Counted from the first letter of the stretch, positions 32,832 to 44,758 are shown. The stretch: DNA of 64,000 nucleotides from Candidatus Muproteobacteria bacterium (GCA_003251795.1 QKEI01000232.1:1533-65532); one strand, 5' to 3'. The notes: generated from the sequence alone by a model not told the origin. Translations and numbers: made by a program.

Positions 32832-33923
32832 ATGGCGCTTACTCTACTGGAGGTCAGCAACCTCCGTATCGTTAAGCATGCCCTGGTACACCCAGGGGAT
32901 GGTCTCAACGTTATTGTAGGACCAAACGGTAGTGGCAAAAGCAGCCTACTAGAGGGCATACACATGCTGGGTATGGGTCGGTCATTTCGGCCCGGCCCAG
33001 TGGGACAGCCTATACGTCGAGGCGAAACGAGCCTCAATGTTCGTGGCTGTTGGTGTACCGAGGACGGTGGACAGATAGCGTTGGGGGTAGAGCGCGGACC
33101 TGAACACCGCCGTATTCGTGTGAACGGCAATACCTGTGACAGCGCTGGTAGTCTTGCCCAGGTGCTACCGTTACAGGCAGTGCTCCCAGACACCCGCTAC
33201 CTCTTCCTTCATAGTGCTAGGTTCCGGCGCGGCGTTTTGGATTGGGGGCTGTTCCACGTGGAACGAACGTTTTATGAAGCGTGGATGCGTTACCAACGTG
33301 CCTTGCGCCAACGCAACGCGGCCCTGCGCGCAGCCCAGCCACTGGCCACGCTGGAACCCTGGGAGCAAACGCTGGCTGAGGCAGGCGAGCACATTGAAGG
33401 CCTACGGGCGCGCTACCTCGAGCCCTGGGGAATGCTAGCGATGCAATATAGCGAGATCCTGATGTCCGGCATGCAGCTACGGTTGGAATGGCGCCGCGGT
33501 TGGCCTGAAGCACAGAGCTTGGCTGACACGCTGAGTCGGGACCGAGAGCGCGATTGCCGCGAGGGGTACACACGAGCCGGTATCCATCGGGCGGACTTGC
33601 AGGTTCATCTACAGGGCGCACCGTTACGAGAGTGTGCGTCGCTAGGGCAGCAGATGCTGGCAGTCTTAGCGCTGCGTCTTGCGCAAGTGGAATTGCTGAT
33701 GCAGACGTCGGGACGCCGCTGTCTGCTGATGCTCGATGACGTAGTCAACCAATTGGATCGGGACCGGCGCGCGTCGTTGCTAGCGCGCGTCGCACAGCTC
33801 GGCGTGCAGACCTTCGTGACTGCTACCGAGATCGGGGGGCTGGAAACAACGGGTTCGCCAAATCGTCGAGTGTTCCACGTGGAACAGGGCCGCGTCTTTG
33901 CTGAGGAAGCGAATGAGGAGTAG
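32832..33923 (+). CDS. recF: DNA replication and repair protein RecF
   Basis: 363 aa. Walker A GPNGSGKSSLLEG, signature LSLGQQ-like SLGQQMLAVLALRLA and Walker B LLMLDDV. Confidence 0.95.
   Translation: MALTLLEVSNLRIVKHALVHPGDGLNVIVGPNGSGKSSLLEGIHMLGMGRSFRPGPVGQPIRRGETSLNVRGCWCTEDGGQIALGVERGPEHRRIRVNGNTCDSAGSLAQVLPLQAVLPDTRYLFLHSARFRRGVLDWGLFHVERTFYEAWMRYQRALRQRNAALRAAQPLATLEPWEQTLAEAGEHIEGLRARYLEPWGMLAMQYSEILMSGMQLRLEWRRGWPEAQSLADTLSRDRERDCREGYTRAGIHRADLQVHLQGAPLRECASLGQQMLAVLALRLAQVELLMQTSGRRCLLMLDDVVNQLDRDRRASLLARVAQLGVQTFVTATEIGGLETTGSPNRRVFHVEQGRVFAEEANEE
33250..33265. promoter_or_regulatory. parS-like site (15/16 match; perfect 14-bp palindrome core)
   Basis: TGTTCCACGTGGAACG. The core GTTCCACGTGGAAC is perfectly palindromic. 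It lies in recF codons L140-R145 (LFHVER). Confidence 0.55.
33871..33886. promoter_or_regulatory. parS centromere-like site (perfect 16-bp palindrome)
   Basis: TGTTCCACGTGGAACA, an exact match to the gammaproteobacterial/Pseudomonas-type parS palindrome. It lies in recF codons V347-Q352 (VFHVEQ). Confidence 0.75.
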
Positions 33924-34005
33924 GGGCCTGGTTTAGCACCAAGCCCGCCCCCGGTTAAGGCGGGGGTGGTGTGCAAATGGTAAAATTAGCGCTACTTAAC
34001 TTTGA

Positions 34006-36450
<2,445 letters not shown>

Positions 36451-36487
36451 TTACCGGCGCGGCAACGCGCTTCGCTGCCCGACGCTG

Positions 36488-36871
36488 TCAGTGCAGCGTG
36501 CGCGGCATACTGAGCGTGAACTCCGGGATCTCCGCATCGAACGCCGCGCCATCATCGGCCACCATCTGGTAACTGCCGCGCATCGTACCGACTGGCGTTT
36601 CGATAATTGCGCCGCTGGTGTACTCGAAGCTCATGCCTGGGGTGAGATAAGGCTGTTCACCGACCACGCCTTCGCCGCGGACTTCGCGCACCTTGTTGTT
36701 AGCATCTGTAATAATCCAGTGACGGGTTAGCAGGCGCGCTGGCACCGTGCCAGCATTGGCAATGGTGATGGTGTAGGCGAACACGTATCGACCTGTGTCT
36801 GGCGCCGATTGTTCGGCGAGAAAGGCCGTCTTTACAGAGATATCGATCCGGTATTTGTCGGCTTGCACCAT
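36488..36871 (-). CDS. apaG: ApaG protein
   Basis: ATG at 36871 gives 127 aa colinear with ApaG (…RYVFAYTITIAN…RHWIITDANNKVREVRGEGVVGEQP…YTSGAIIETPVGTMRGSY…). The track start at 36916 adds 15 aa. Confidence 0.88.
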   Translation of the reverse strand: MVQADKYRIDISVKTAFLAEQSAPDTGRYVFAYTITIANAGTVPARLLTRHWIITDANNKVREVRGEGVVGEQPYLTPGMSFEYTSGAIIETPVGTMRGSYQMVADDGAAFDAEIPEFTLSMPRTLH

Positions 36872-36949
36872 GGTGTGGTGGGCGCTAGTCGGTTTGTGGC
36901 CCGACGCATTTTGCATGAAACCCCTGACCGATGCACGCCAGGCGCAGGG

Positions 36950-37780
36950 TCAGCGCGGTGCTTGCTGCTGCGGACAGGAAACGGAGACGAACTGGTGCCC
37001 TGGTTCGTCCAGGCGCACCGCTGTCAGTGACCGACCCCAGACGCAGCCGCTATCGAGCGCAATGATACCGTTGTCGTGCCATGGGCCGAGCGTGGACCAG
37101 TGACCAAAAACGATTCTAAGGTTGTGCGTGCGCCGTTGCGGTGCCTGAAACCAGGGTACCAGGTGAGCCGGCTGTGAACCCGGCACACCAACGGGCCCCA
37201 AGTCCATGCGTCCGTCAGTCGTGCAGTAGCGCAAGCGCGTGAAGGCATTCACTACCACTCGCAAGCGGTCCCAACCACTGAGCGTATCGTCCCACTTGTC
37301 GGGTTGGTTGCCGTACATATGTTCAAGCAGGTCGAGACAAGTCGGCCCGCGCAGCGCGCGCTCGACTTCGCGAGCGAGCCCCTGCGCTTGCGCCAGATCC
37401 CATTGCGGCAGCAGCCCAGCGTGAACAAGGGTGTATCCTAGATCCGCATCGTAGTGTAGCAACGGCTGCCGGCGCAGCCATGCTATCAGGTAATTGCGGT
37501 CAGGAGCCGTGAGTACGTCGGCGAAGCTATCACGGCGCCGCTGGCGCGCGGTACCGTAGGCTACCGCCAACAGATGCAGATCATGATTGCCGAGCACGCT
37601 AACTGCGTGCTCGCCCAAGCCGGCAACAAAACGCAGCACGTCAGCTGATTGCGGACCACGGTTCACCAGGTCACCGGTAAACCAGAGCGTATCGTGAGCA
37701 CCATCGAAGGAGAGCTTGCGTAACAACGTCTGCAGGGGGTCGAGACACCCCTGCACGTCGCCAATAGCGTAAACTGCCAT
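36950..37780 (-). CDS. apaH: Bis(5'-nucleosyl)-tetraphosphatase, symmetrical
   Basis: 276 aa. Metallophosphoesterase motifs MAVYAIGDVQGC, GDLVNRG, GNHD and FGHW. Confidence 0.92.
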   Translation of the reverse strand: MAVYAIGDVQGCLDPLQTLLRKLSFDGAHDTLWFTGDLVNRGPQSADVLRFVAGLGEHAVSVLGNHDLHLLAVAYGTARQRRRDSFADVLTAPDRNYLIAWLRRQPLLHYDADLGYTLVHAGLLPQWDLAQAQGLAREVERALRGPTCLDLLEHMYGNQPDKWDDTLSGWDRLRVVVNAFTRLRYCTTDGRMDLGPVGVPGSQPAHLVPWFQAPQRRTHNLRIVFGHWSTLGPWHDNGIIALDSGCVWGRSLTAVRLDEPGHQFVSVSCPQQQAPR

Positions 37781-37891
37781 TAGTTAATGTATAGACAACC
37801 GCTCTCTTCGTTAATGCTGCAGAAGAACGTTAAAGCTTTCAAACACGTGGCAGCCTAGGGCGGCGCACGACGAGATCAGCCAGGAAACGGC

Positions 37892-38239
37892 GTGAAACAT
37901 CTTTTGTTTGCCTACGGTTCACTGCGCCTTGGGGGGACGCACCATAAGCTCTTGACGGGCGCGCACTATCTGGGGCGGCACTGCACGGAGTCCTGCTTTA
38001 CGATGCACGATTTGGGCGAATACCCCGCAGTGGTCGAACGTGGGTGCCACGCCATTGTGGGCGACATCTTCGCCGTCGATGCGGCCACGCTTGCACGTGT
38101 GGATGACTACGAGGGTTATCCGCATGAATATACCCGCCGGCTGATAGCCACACCTTTCGGCGGCGCGTGGATATATCTTTATTGCCGCGACTGCGCGGGT
38201 GCCGGTGTCATAGGCTCCGGCGATTGGTGCAACAAATGA
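37892..38239 (+). CDS. Gamma-glutamylcyclotransferase-like (AIG2/GGACT family) protein
   Basis: 115 aa with a GTG start. LFAYGSLR N-terminal motif and DDYEGYPHEYTR catalytic-Glu region. Confidence 0.7.
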   Translation: MKHLLFAYGSLRLGGTHHKLLTGAHYLGRHCTESCFTMHDLGEYPAVVERGCHAIVGDIFAVDAATLARVDDYEGYPHEYTRRLIATPFGGAWIYLYCRDCAGAGVIGSGDWCNK

Positions 38240-38273
38240 CAACGGCGCGACTTAGCTAGGGACCGACATCGCC

Positions 38274-39689
38274 TCAGTATCGATAATAGTCGGGCTTATA
38301 AGGACCGTCGATGCTCACACCAATGTAGTCGGCCTGTTCTTGCGTGAGACGAGTGAGGTGCGCACCGATCTTCTTCAGGTGCAGGCGCGCAACCTTCTCG
38401 TCAAGATGCTTGGGTAGCACGTACACCTTGCGGTCGTAATTGTCCGGATTGTTCCACAGCTCCATCTGCGCCATTACCTGGTTCGTAAAGGAAGCGGACA
38501 TCACGAAGCTTGGATGACCGGTAGCGCAACCCAGGTTCACCAAGCGTCCTTCGGCGAGCACGATGATGCGTTTGCCGTCTGGAAAGATCACATGATCGAC
38601 CTGTGGTTTGATGTTTTCCCACCGATAGCGCCGTAGGCTGGCAATGTCGATCTCGGCATCGAAATGGCCGATGTTGCAGACAATCGTCTGGTCTTTCATC
38701 GCCCGCATGTGGTCGTGGGTGATGACCCTGCTGTTACCGGTGGCAGTGACGAAAATGTCGGCCACTGGCGCCACCTCTTCCATAGTGAGCACGCGGTAGC
38801 CCTCCATGGCAGCCTGCAGGGCGCAAATAGGATCGATTTCGGTAATCCAAACCGTAGCACCGAGGCCACGTAGCGATTGCGCGCAGCCCTTGCCGACGTC
38901 GCCGTAGCCGCACACGACAGCGATCTTGCCGGCCACCATGACATCGGTGGCGCGCTTGATGCCATCGACCAAAGATTCGCGGCAACCATAAAGGTTGTCA
39001 AACTTGGATTTGGTTACCGAGTCGTTGACGTTGATCGCAGGCATCGGCAGCTCGCCGCGCTCAACCATTTCGTACAGACGCTTCACGCCAGTAGTGGTTT
39101 CTTCGGTGATGCCACGAATGCTGCCTCGGGTTTTGCTATACCAGCCAGGCTGTGCCGCCAGACGTTGGCGGATGGCAGCGAACAACGCCGTCTCTTCCTC
39201 GCTCCCCGGGTTGTCGAGCACCGATGGATCGCGCTCGGCTTTTTCTCCGAGCATGACCAGCAGCGTCGCATCACCGCCATCGTCGAGGATCATGTTGGCG
39301 CTGTCACCGTCAGACCAGGAGAAGATGCGGTGCACGTACTCCCAGTACTCAGCCAGTGTCTCACCCTTCTTGGCAAACACTGGCACGCCGCGGGCAGCGA
39401 TAGCCGCGGCCGCGTGATCTTGGGTAGAAAAGATGTTACACGACGCCCAGCGCACCTCGGCGCCAAGCTCCACCAATGTCTCGATCAAGACAGCGGTCTG
39501 AATCGTCATATGCAAACAGCCGGCAATGCGCGCCCCCTTCAACGGTGCCTGCTTGCTGTACTCTTCGCGCAGCGCCATCAGACCGGGCATCTCGGTTTCA
39601 GCGATGGCAATCTCCTTACGCCCCCAATCGGCGAGCGCAATGTCAGCGACTTTGTAATCCGGCTTCAGCTGTTGCACGGGTCTACTCAT
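38274..39689 (-). CDS. ahcY: Adenosylhomocysteinase
   Basis: 471 aa. ...[16 protein letters not shown]..., NAD-binding GYGDVGKG, and C-terminal ...[10 protein letters not shown]. Confidence 0.97.
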   Translation of the reverse strand: MSRPVQQLKPDYKVADIALADWGRKEIAIAETEMPGLMALREEYSKQAPLKGARIAGCLHMTIQTAVLIETLVELGAEVRWASCNIFSTQDHAAAAIAARGVPVFAKKGETLAEYWEYVHRIFSWSDGDSANMILDDGGDATLLVMLGEKAERDPSVLDNPGSEEETALFAAIRQRLAAQPGWYSKTRGSIRGITEETTTGVKRLYEMVERGELPMPAINVNDSVTKSKFDNLYGCRESLVDGIKRATDVMVAGKIAVVCGYGDVGKGCAQSLRGLGATVWITEIDPICALQAAMEGYRVLTMEEVAPVADIFVTATGNSRVITHDHMRAMKDQTIVCNIGHFDAEIDIASLRRYRWENIKPQVDHVIFPDGKRIIVLAEGRLVNLGCATGHPSFVMSASFTNQVMAQMELWNNPDNYDRKVYVLPKHLDEKVARLHLKKIGAHLTRLTQEQADYIGVSIDGPYKPDYYRY

Positions 39690-39730
39690 ATCCAGTTCCT
39701 GTTAGTGAGGGCTGTCGATGGGACGACTCA

Positions 39731-40906
39731 TCAGGCGCTCTTGATGGCGCGCGGACCCAGGGCCTCACGCAGCACCTGTGCCTTGTTGGTGCGTTCCCAG
39801 GTGAATGTAGGTTCGCTGCGACCGAAGTGACCATAGGCAGCTGTTGGCGTGTATATCGGCCGTAACAGATCGAGCTCCTTGATAATAGCGCGCGGTCGCA
39901 GGTCGAAATGGGCGCGCACAAGCTCGGCGATCTTTTCATCCGGCAAACGGCCGGTGCCAAACGTCTCTACGTGGATGGAGACCGGCTTGGCGATGCCGAT
40001 AGCGTAGGCGACCTGCAGCTCACAGCGTTCGGCGAGTCCGGCGGCGACGATGTTCTTCGCTACATAGCGCGCAGCATAGGCGGCCGAGCGATCGACCTTG
40101 CTCGGATCTTTGCCGGAGAAGGCGCCGCCACCGTGACGCGCCATGCCGCCGTAGGTGTCGACAATGATCTTGCGTCCGGTCAAGCCACAATCACCGACCG
40201 GTCCGCCGATGACAAAGCGGCCAGTGGGGTTAATGTGATACTTGGTGTTTTTGTCGAGCCAGTCCGCCGGCAATACTGGCTTGACGATTTCCTCGATCAC
40301 GGCCTGCTGCAGGCGCTTGTACTCGATCTCCGGGGAGTGTTGGGTCGACACTACCACCGTATCGATGCCTGTGGCCTTGCCGCCCTCGTACCGGACCGTG
40401 ACCTGGGACTTGGCATCGGGGCGCAGCCATGGTAGACGACCGCTGCGGCGCACCTCGGCCTGACGACGCATCAACCGGTGCGCCAGGCTGATCGGCATCG
40501 GCATCAATTCCTCTGTTTCGTTGGTGGCATAACCGAACATCATCCCCTGATCGCCCGCCCCCTGCTCGAGCTCATCGCTGCGATCAACGCCTTGGGCAAT
40601 ATCGGCTGATTGTTTGCCGATTGCCGTCAGCACGGCACATGACTCCCAGTCGAACCCCATGGACGACTCGTAACCGATGCGCTTGATCGTGCCACGCACA
40701 ATCTCCGGCATATCGACCCAGGCATTGGTCGTGATCTCTCCAGAAAGGATCGCCATGCCCGTATTGACCATGGTCTCGCAGGCGACCCGTGCCCGCGGGT
40801 CCTGTTTGATGATGGCGTCAAGAATCGCGTCTGAGATTTGGTCTGCGACCTTGTCGGGATGACCCTCCGAAACCGATTCAGAGGTAAAAAGATAGCTGTC
40901 TGCCAT
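39731..40906 (-). CDS. metK: S-adenosylmethionine synthetase
   Basis: 391 aa. [19 protein letters not shown] and [16 protein letters not shown] signatures. It lies 41 nt upstream of ahcY, so a metK-ahcY operon is likely. Confidence 0.98.
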   Translation of the reverse strand: MADSYLFTSESVSEGHPDKVADQISDAILDAIIKQDPRARVACETMVNTGMAILSGEITTNAWVDMPEIVRGTIKRIGYESSMGFDWESCAVLTAIGKQSADIAQGVDRSDELEQGAGDQGMMFGYATNETEELMPMPISLAHRLMRRQAEVRRSGRLPWLRPDAKSQVTVRYEGGKATGIDTVVVSTQHSPEIEYKRLQQAVIEEIVKPVLPADWLDKNTKYHINPTGRFVIGGPVGDCGLTGRKIIVDTYGGMARHGGGAFSGKDPSKVDRSAAYAARYVAKNIVAAGLAERCELQVAYAIGIAKPVSIHVETFGTGRLPDEKIAELVRAHFDLRPRAIIKELDLLRPIYTPTAAYGHFGRSEPTFTWERTNKAQVLREALGPRAIKSA

Positions 40907-41509
40907 GGGGGACGAGCTCCGTTGTTCGTAATGAGGGTAGTTACTAAGCGGCGCAGTGTACCAAGGCTAGGTGCAATTTAACACGCGCTACACGCCAGCG
41001 TGTTGGCAGTCGCTGTCGGCAACGCTGTTCGCCTGCCCCATGCCCGCGAAGGTTCACCGCGGCCGCGTCAGCTCGGACGTCGGCTCGGAGGTTTGCTTTG
41101 TTGCTCTGCATGTATAGCTTACGGTCCCGCAGGCCATGTACGCCGTTCAAGGTTAGGCTGTTTGCGGCAGCATTTTGCCGCAAGGTACTGAGATTGACCC
41201 ACACAGCTACAAAAAGCGGCTTCTTATAGATATATATTTCCCACTTGTTGGATGGTTGAAGGTAATATGTTAAATACAATATCTGTTCATGAGAAGGAAG
41301 TTGCGCCATAGGAGTTTATTTACCATTTTGTGGGAAACACATTACTTTTTTCAGCGAATATTAACAAGCTGTGGGGTGAAATTCGCCAAGTCACCTGTTG
41401 TATTGGCGGCATTGCTGCCCTTATGAATGAGGTCCGGTCCACATACGCCCGCATCACCTTGGCAAAGCGCTCGGCGTTGTTCGGCTGGCCCGCATAAACG
41501 GTCGAGTTG

Positions 41510-41710
41510 CTACTCCAGCGCTGGCAACAGACGTTCCACCCGCTCAGCTGGATCTGGGCGGGTCTTGAACATCAGCGCCACGGCGTCATCCTGTGGATTG
41601 ATTGAGGACAACGTGTGTAACACCGCCAACAGTCCATAGGGATCGTAGCCGGCGCGTGCGGCGATAACCGCCCTGTAGTATGTACATGCAGCATCGATAA
41701 CAAGTTTGGT
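41510..41710 (-). pseudogene. Remnant of the 3' end of an M48-family metallopeptidase gene
   Basis: My manual translation is ...RAVIAARAGYDPYGLLAVLHTLSSINPQDDAVALMFKTRPDPAERVERLLPALE*. It matches the M48 C-terminal pattern AGYDP.G...L......F.THP...R...L with THP changed to TRP. The frame is closed by TGA at 41711-41713, with no start codon and no HExxH region upstream. Confidence 0.4.
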
Positions 41711-41867
41711 TCAATTCATCCATAACCCCGGCGTCCTGCGACAGTTAGTCGTTTTTCGCAACCCCGGTTTGGGCGAGGCTATAATGCCTGCCGCGAGCCT
41801 GCCGCCCGATTACGACATCAGCGTGAACACACACAAGACGAGCGATGAGATCGCGGCCCCCGTTACG

Positions 41868-42800
41868 ATGAGATCGCCTGAGTTCTACACGCTCAGGCTC
41901 GATGCCAGTTATCTAAGATTCCGCTACTGGTCAACGTGGTTGCTGCTAGCGTTGCTGCGCGCTTGTGCGCCGCTGCCGCTGCGTGCGTCGCGCGCGGTCG
42001 GCGCGCTGCTAGGTTGGAGTTTCTTCTTGGTTAACGGCAAGCGCCGCCGCATCGCCCGAGTGAATTTGCGCTTGTGTTTCCCCGAGCTCGCGGCACGTGA
42101 GCGCAGGTCGTTACTGCGTCGCCACTTTGTGGCGACCGGCAAAAGCTACGCTGACCTGGGTTTTCTCGCATGGGCCGCGCCGGCGCGCATCGAGCGTAAG
42201 ATACGTGTGCTTGGGCTGGAGCATTTGCGTGCGGTGCAGGAACGTGGCGGACGTGTGATCCTACTGGTGCCGCACTGTCTGGGGGTGAACTTCGGCAGCA
42301 TCATCGCTAAACACTATCCGGTTTTTTCCATGTTCAAACCGCCGCGCGATGCGCTATTGAATTGGTTTATCAACAAGGGACGTATGCGTTTTGGTGCTCG
42401 CTTGTTAACGCGCAAGCAGGGCATGCGGCCGGTGCTGCGCGGGCTCCGGCAGGGAATAGCTTTTTATTACATCCCGGATGAGGACTTCGGCCCTAAGCGA
42501 TCGGTGTTTGCGCCGTTCTTCGGCATCCCGACGGCGACCTTGCCTACCTTGGCACGTCTGGCCGCAATCGCCGATGCTGTGGTGATTCCACTATTCGTTC
42601 GCATGTTGCCGGGTGGGGGCGGCTACGAAATGTTACTGAGCCCGCCGCTGCAAGACTTTCCCAGCGACGACCCTGTGGTCGACGCCACTCGTATGAACCA
42701 CGTGCTGGAAGCAAGCATCCGTAAGGTGCCGGAACAGTACATGTGGACCCTCAAGTTGTTTAAGACACGGCCGGTAAATGTTCCCTCGCCTTACCGCTGA
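41868..42800 (+). CDS. Lipid A biosynthesis lauroyl/myristoyl acyltransferase (LpxL/LpxM family), copy 1
   Basis: ATG at 41868 gives 310 aa starting MRSPEFYTLRLDASYLRFRYWSTWLLLALL, colinear with the LpxL N-terminus. HC..xxxG acyltransferase motif (LLVPHCLGVNFG). The track start (TTG 41706) adds 54 aa. Confidence 0.8.
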   Translation: MRSPEFYTLRLDASYLRFRYWSTWLLLALLRACAPLPLRASRAVGALLGWSFFLVNGKRRRIARVNLRLCFPELAARERRSLLRRHFVATGKSYADLGFLAWAAPARIERKIRVLGLEHLRAVQERGGRVILLVPHCLGVNFGSIIAKHYPVFSMFKPPRDALLNWFINKGRMRFGARLLTRKQGMRPVLRGLRQGIAFYYIPDEDFGPKRSVFAPFFGIPTATLPTLARLAAIADAVVIPLFVRMLPGGGGYEMLLSPPLQDFPSDDPVVDATRMNHVLEASIRKVPEQYMWTLKLFKTRPVNVPSPYR

Positions 42801-43710
42801 ACGCGGGCATGACCTGCTGCTGCATCCACGCCATTGGCCGAGTTGGATCGGCGTAGGCATGCTCCGGCTGTTTAGTCTGTTGCCGGTGCCGGTACTGTGG
42901 GCGAGCGGCTTGTTGGTCGGCGAGCTTCTCTATTACCTGGTGCCCTCGCGGCGCGGGGTGGTCTTGGTGAATATCGAGACGTGTTTCCCCGAGCTCAGCG
43001 AGCGGGACCGTCGGCGCCTGGTCAGACGTCATTTCCACGCCTTCGGGCAGGCGGTGCTCGATATCGGCATCGCCTGGTGGGCCCGGCCCGCGCGCCTGCG
43101 CCGGCTGGTACGCATTAGGGGCCGCGAACCCGTAGATGCGCTGCTGGCTGCCGGCAAACGCGTCATCTTCATGGCCCCGCATTTTCTCGGGCTGGAAATC
43201 GGTGGCGTGCGTATCAGCCTGGAAGGACGTGGTTGTGCCATGTTTCGGCCGCTGCAAAACAAGGTGCTGAATCGGGTCATGGAGAAGGGACGTACCCGTT
43301 TCGGTCTGATGCTGGTAGCGCATAAAGCGCCGCTGACGACATTGGTGCGGGTGATGCGTGAGGGTGCGCCGTTGTTCTATCTCCCCGACCAGGATGCGCA
43401 CCGACGCAGTCGTGCGTTCGTGCCGTTCTTCGGCGTTCGCACCGCTACCTTTACCACCTTGAGCCGCTTCGCCTCTCTCGCCGACGCTGTCGTGGTCCCA
43501 CTAGTATGCCGCCAACTCCCGCGCGGCCGCGGCTACGAGGTGGTCTGCAGGCCACCGTTGGTAGATTTCCCAAGCGGTGACCTGCTGCAGGATGCCGCCG
43601 CGATGAATCGCGAAATCGAACAGGAGGTGCGGGAAGCGCCGCATCAGTACTTTTGGATGCACAGACGCTTCAAGACCCGCCCGCCCGGCGAGGCGAGCCT
43701 ATATCGCTGA
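42778..43710 (+). CDS. Lipid A biosynthesis lauroyl/myristoyl acyltransferase (LpxL/LpxM family), copy 2
   Basis: 310 aa. LLLHPRHWPSWIGVGMLRLF N-terminus and FMAPHFLGLEIGG motif. It overlaps copy 1 by 23 nt and is clearly paralogous to it. Confidence 0.8.
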   Translation: MFPRLTAERGHDLLLHPRHWPSWIGVGMLRLFSLLPVPVLWASGLLVGELLYYLVPSRRGVVLVNIETCFPELSERDRRRLVRRHFHAFGQAVLDIGIAWWARPARLRRLVRIRGREPVDALLAAGKRVIFMAPHFLGLEIGGVRISLEGRGCAMFRPLQNKVLNRVMEKGRTRFGLMLVAHKAPLTTLVRVMREGAPLFYLPDQDAHRRSRAFVPFFGVRTATFTTLSRFASLADAVVVPLVCRQLPRGRGYEVVCRPPLVDFPSGDLLQDAAAMNREIEQEVREAPHQYFWMHRRFKTRPPGEASLYR

Positions 43711-43847
43711 CTGCAGTGGGCGAGGTGTCTCGGGAACTCCAATCGCGACCTCAGTGGCATCGATCCGCCGATTATTGACATCGACGCCTGCTGGGGCAGT
43801 AACTAAGCTGACAGCAGTTACTTCGCAAACGGTTGGCCACCAAGACT

Positions 43848-44405
43848 ATGCATGCTCGTACCGCGGGGAACCTGTTGGCGGCAAAGGCGGTGGGTTGTGC
43901 GTTGCGCTTGCTGCCGGCACCACGCAGCCGAAGCGATGCTACATCATTTTTCTCGTTGCTGGTGTTAGCCGCGTTGTGCGGTACCGTAGCGTTACTCGGC
44001 GCTTGTGCGCGCAGTCCGGAACGCCCGGTGGAGCCGCGCAGTGCTCTGAGCTGTCGGCCGCTCGAGTTGCGACCTGGTGATACTCTTGAATTGACCATGC
44101 GCACACCTCACGGGGGTTACCTCGGCGTGATGGCGCCGGGGGACTTTTGGTTCTTTCTTATCTATCCACAACCACAGCCTGATCGGCCTTCTTTGATGCC
44201 AGCGTCTAAGTTCCGTAACGTCACACGATTAGCTTTGCCGGTGTCGAGCACCAAGGCCATACCGTGGGTACATGGTTACAATGAAGCTATGCTCGTATTC
44301 CGCAAGGCGGGTACCTATAAGATCCTCGTCAGCGAAAATCTCTTGAGTCACGACTATCCAGTGTCATCGTGCACCGTGAAGTTCCTGGCGGCGATGCGCC
44401 GTTAA
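43848..44405 (+). CDS. Putative lipoprotein of unknown function
   Basis: Lipobox LLG-AC (…FFSLLVLAALCGTVALLGACARS). The start is uncertain (TTG 43833, ATG 43848 or internal TTG/GTG closer to the h-region). GC is lower than in neighbouring genes. Confidence 0.5.
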   Translation: MHARTAGNLLAAKAVGCALRLLPAPRSRSDATSFFSLLVLAALCGTVALLGACARSPERPVEPRSALSCRPLELRPGDTLELTMRTPHGGYLGVMAPGDFWFFLIYPQPQPDRPSLMPASKFRNVTRLALPVSSTKAIPWVHGYNEAMLVFRKAGTYKILVSENLLSHDYPVSSCTVKFLAAMRR

Positions 44406-44758
44406 CGCCCAGATTGCGGCATTATTACTTCTTCCGTGGTGGCGGTGTGGCTTGTGCCGTAATAGGTGTTAGCTTCTCGGTGCAATGCATCCCCGTTGGG
44501 CCGTCGTCACGGTGACAACATATGCATGTGCATGCCGTACTTGCTCTGCAATTCTGCCAACGACGGTTGCGTTCGCTTAATTCTCGCTTAGGGCATTCGC
44601 GCAACGATGCCGAGGTGCTCGGCAGTGATATCCCCTGCACATCGCGTGTTTACTCGGCATGGTGTCGTAAAACGCTAGGTTCGACAGCGCTTTCGCAAGA
44701 GCGCAAAATACGCGCTGGCCTGTTTCGTAGCGGCGTGGCTTTAGTCAAACCAAGCTGA

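Noticed and set aside
40944-41309. 121-aa minus-strand ORF directly upstream of metK.
   Set aside because: It runs from the AT-rich island into the GC-rich leader with an incoherent composition. It has no RBS and no recognisable motif. It is more likely untranslated leader or promoter DNA.
44425-44640. 71-aa Cys-rich minus-strand ORF (…CRASTACTCICCHRDDG…PPPRKK) in the spacer before the MotA-like gene.
   Set aside because: It has no RBS and no known motif, and third-position GC is only about 60%, below what real genes here appear to show. I kept it only as a remark. Ribosome profiling or homologue conservation would be needed to revive it.
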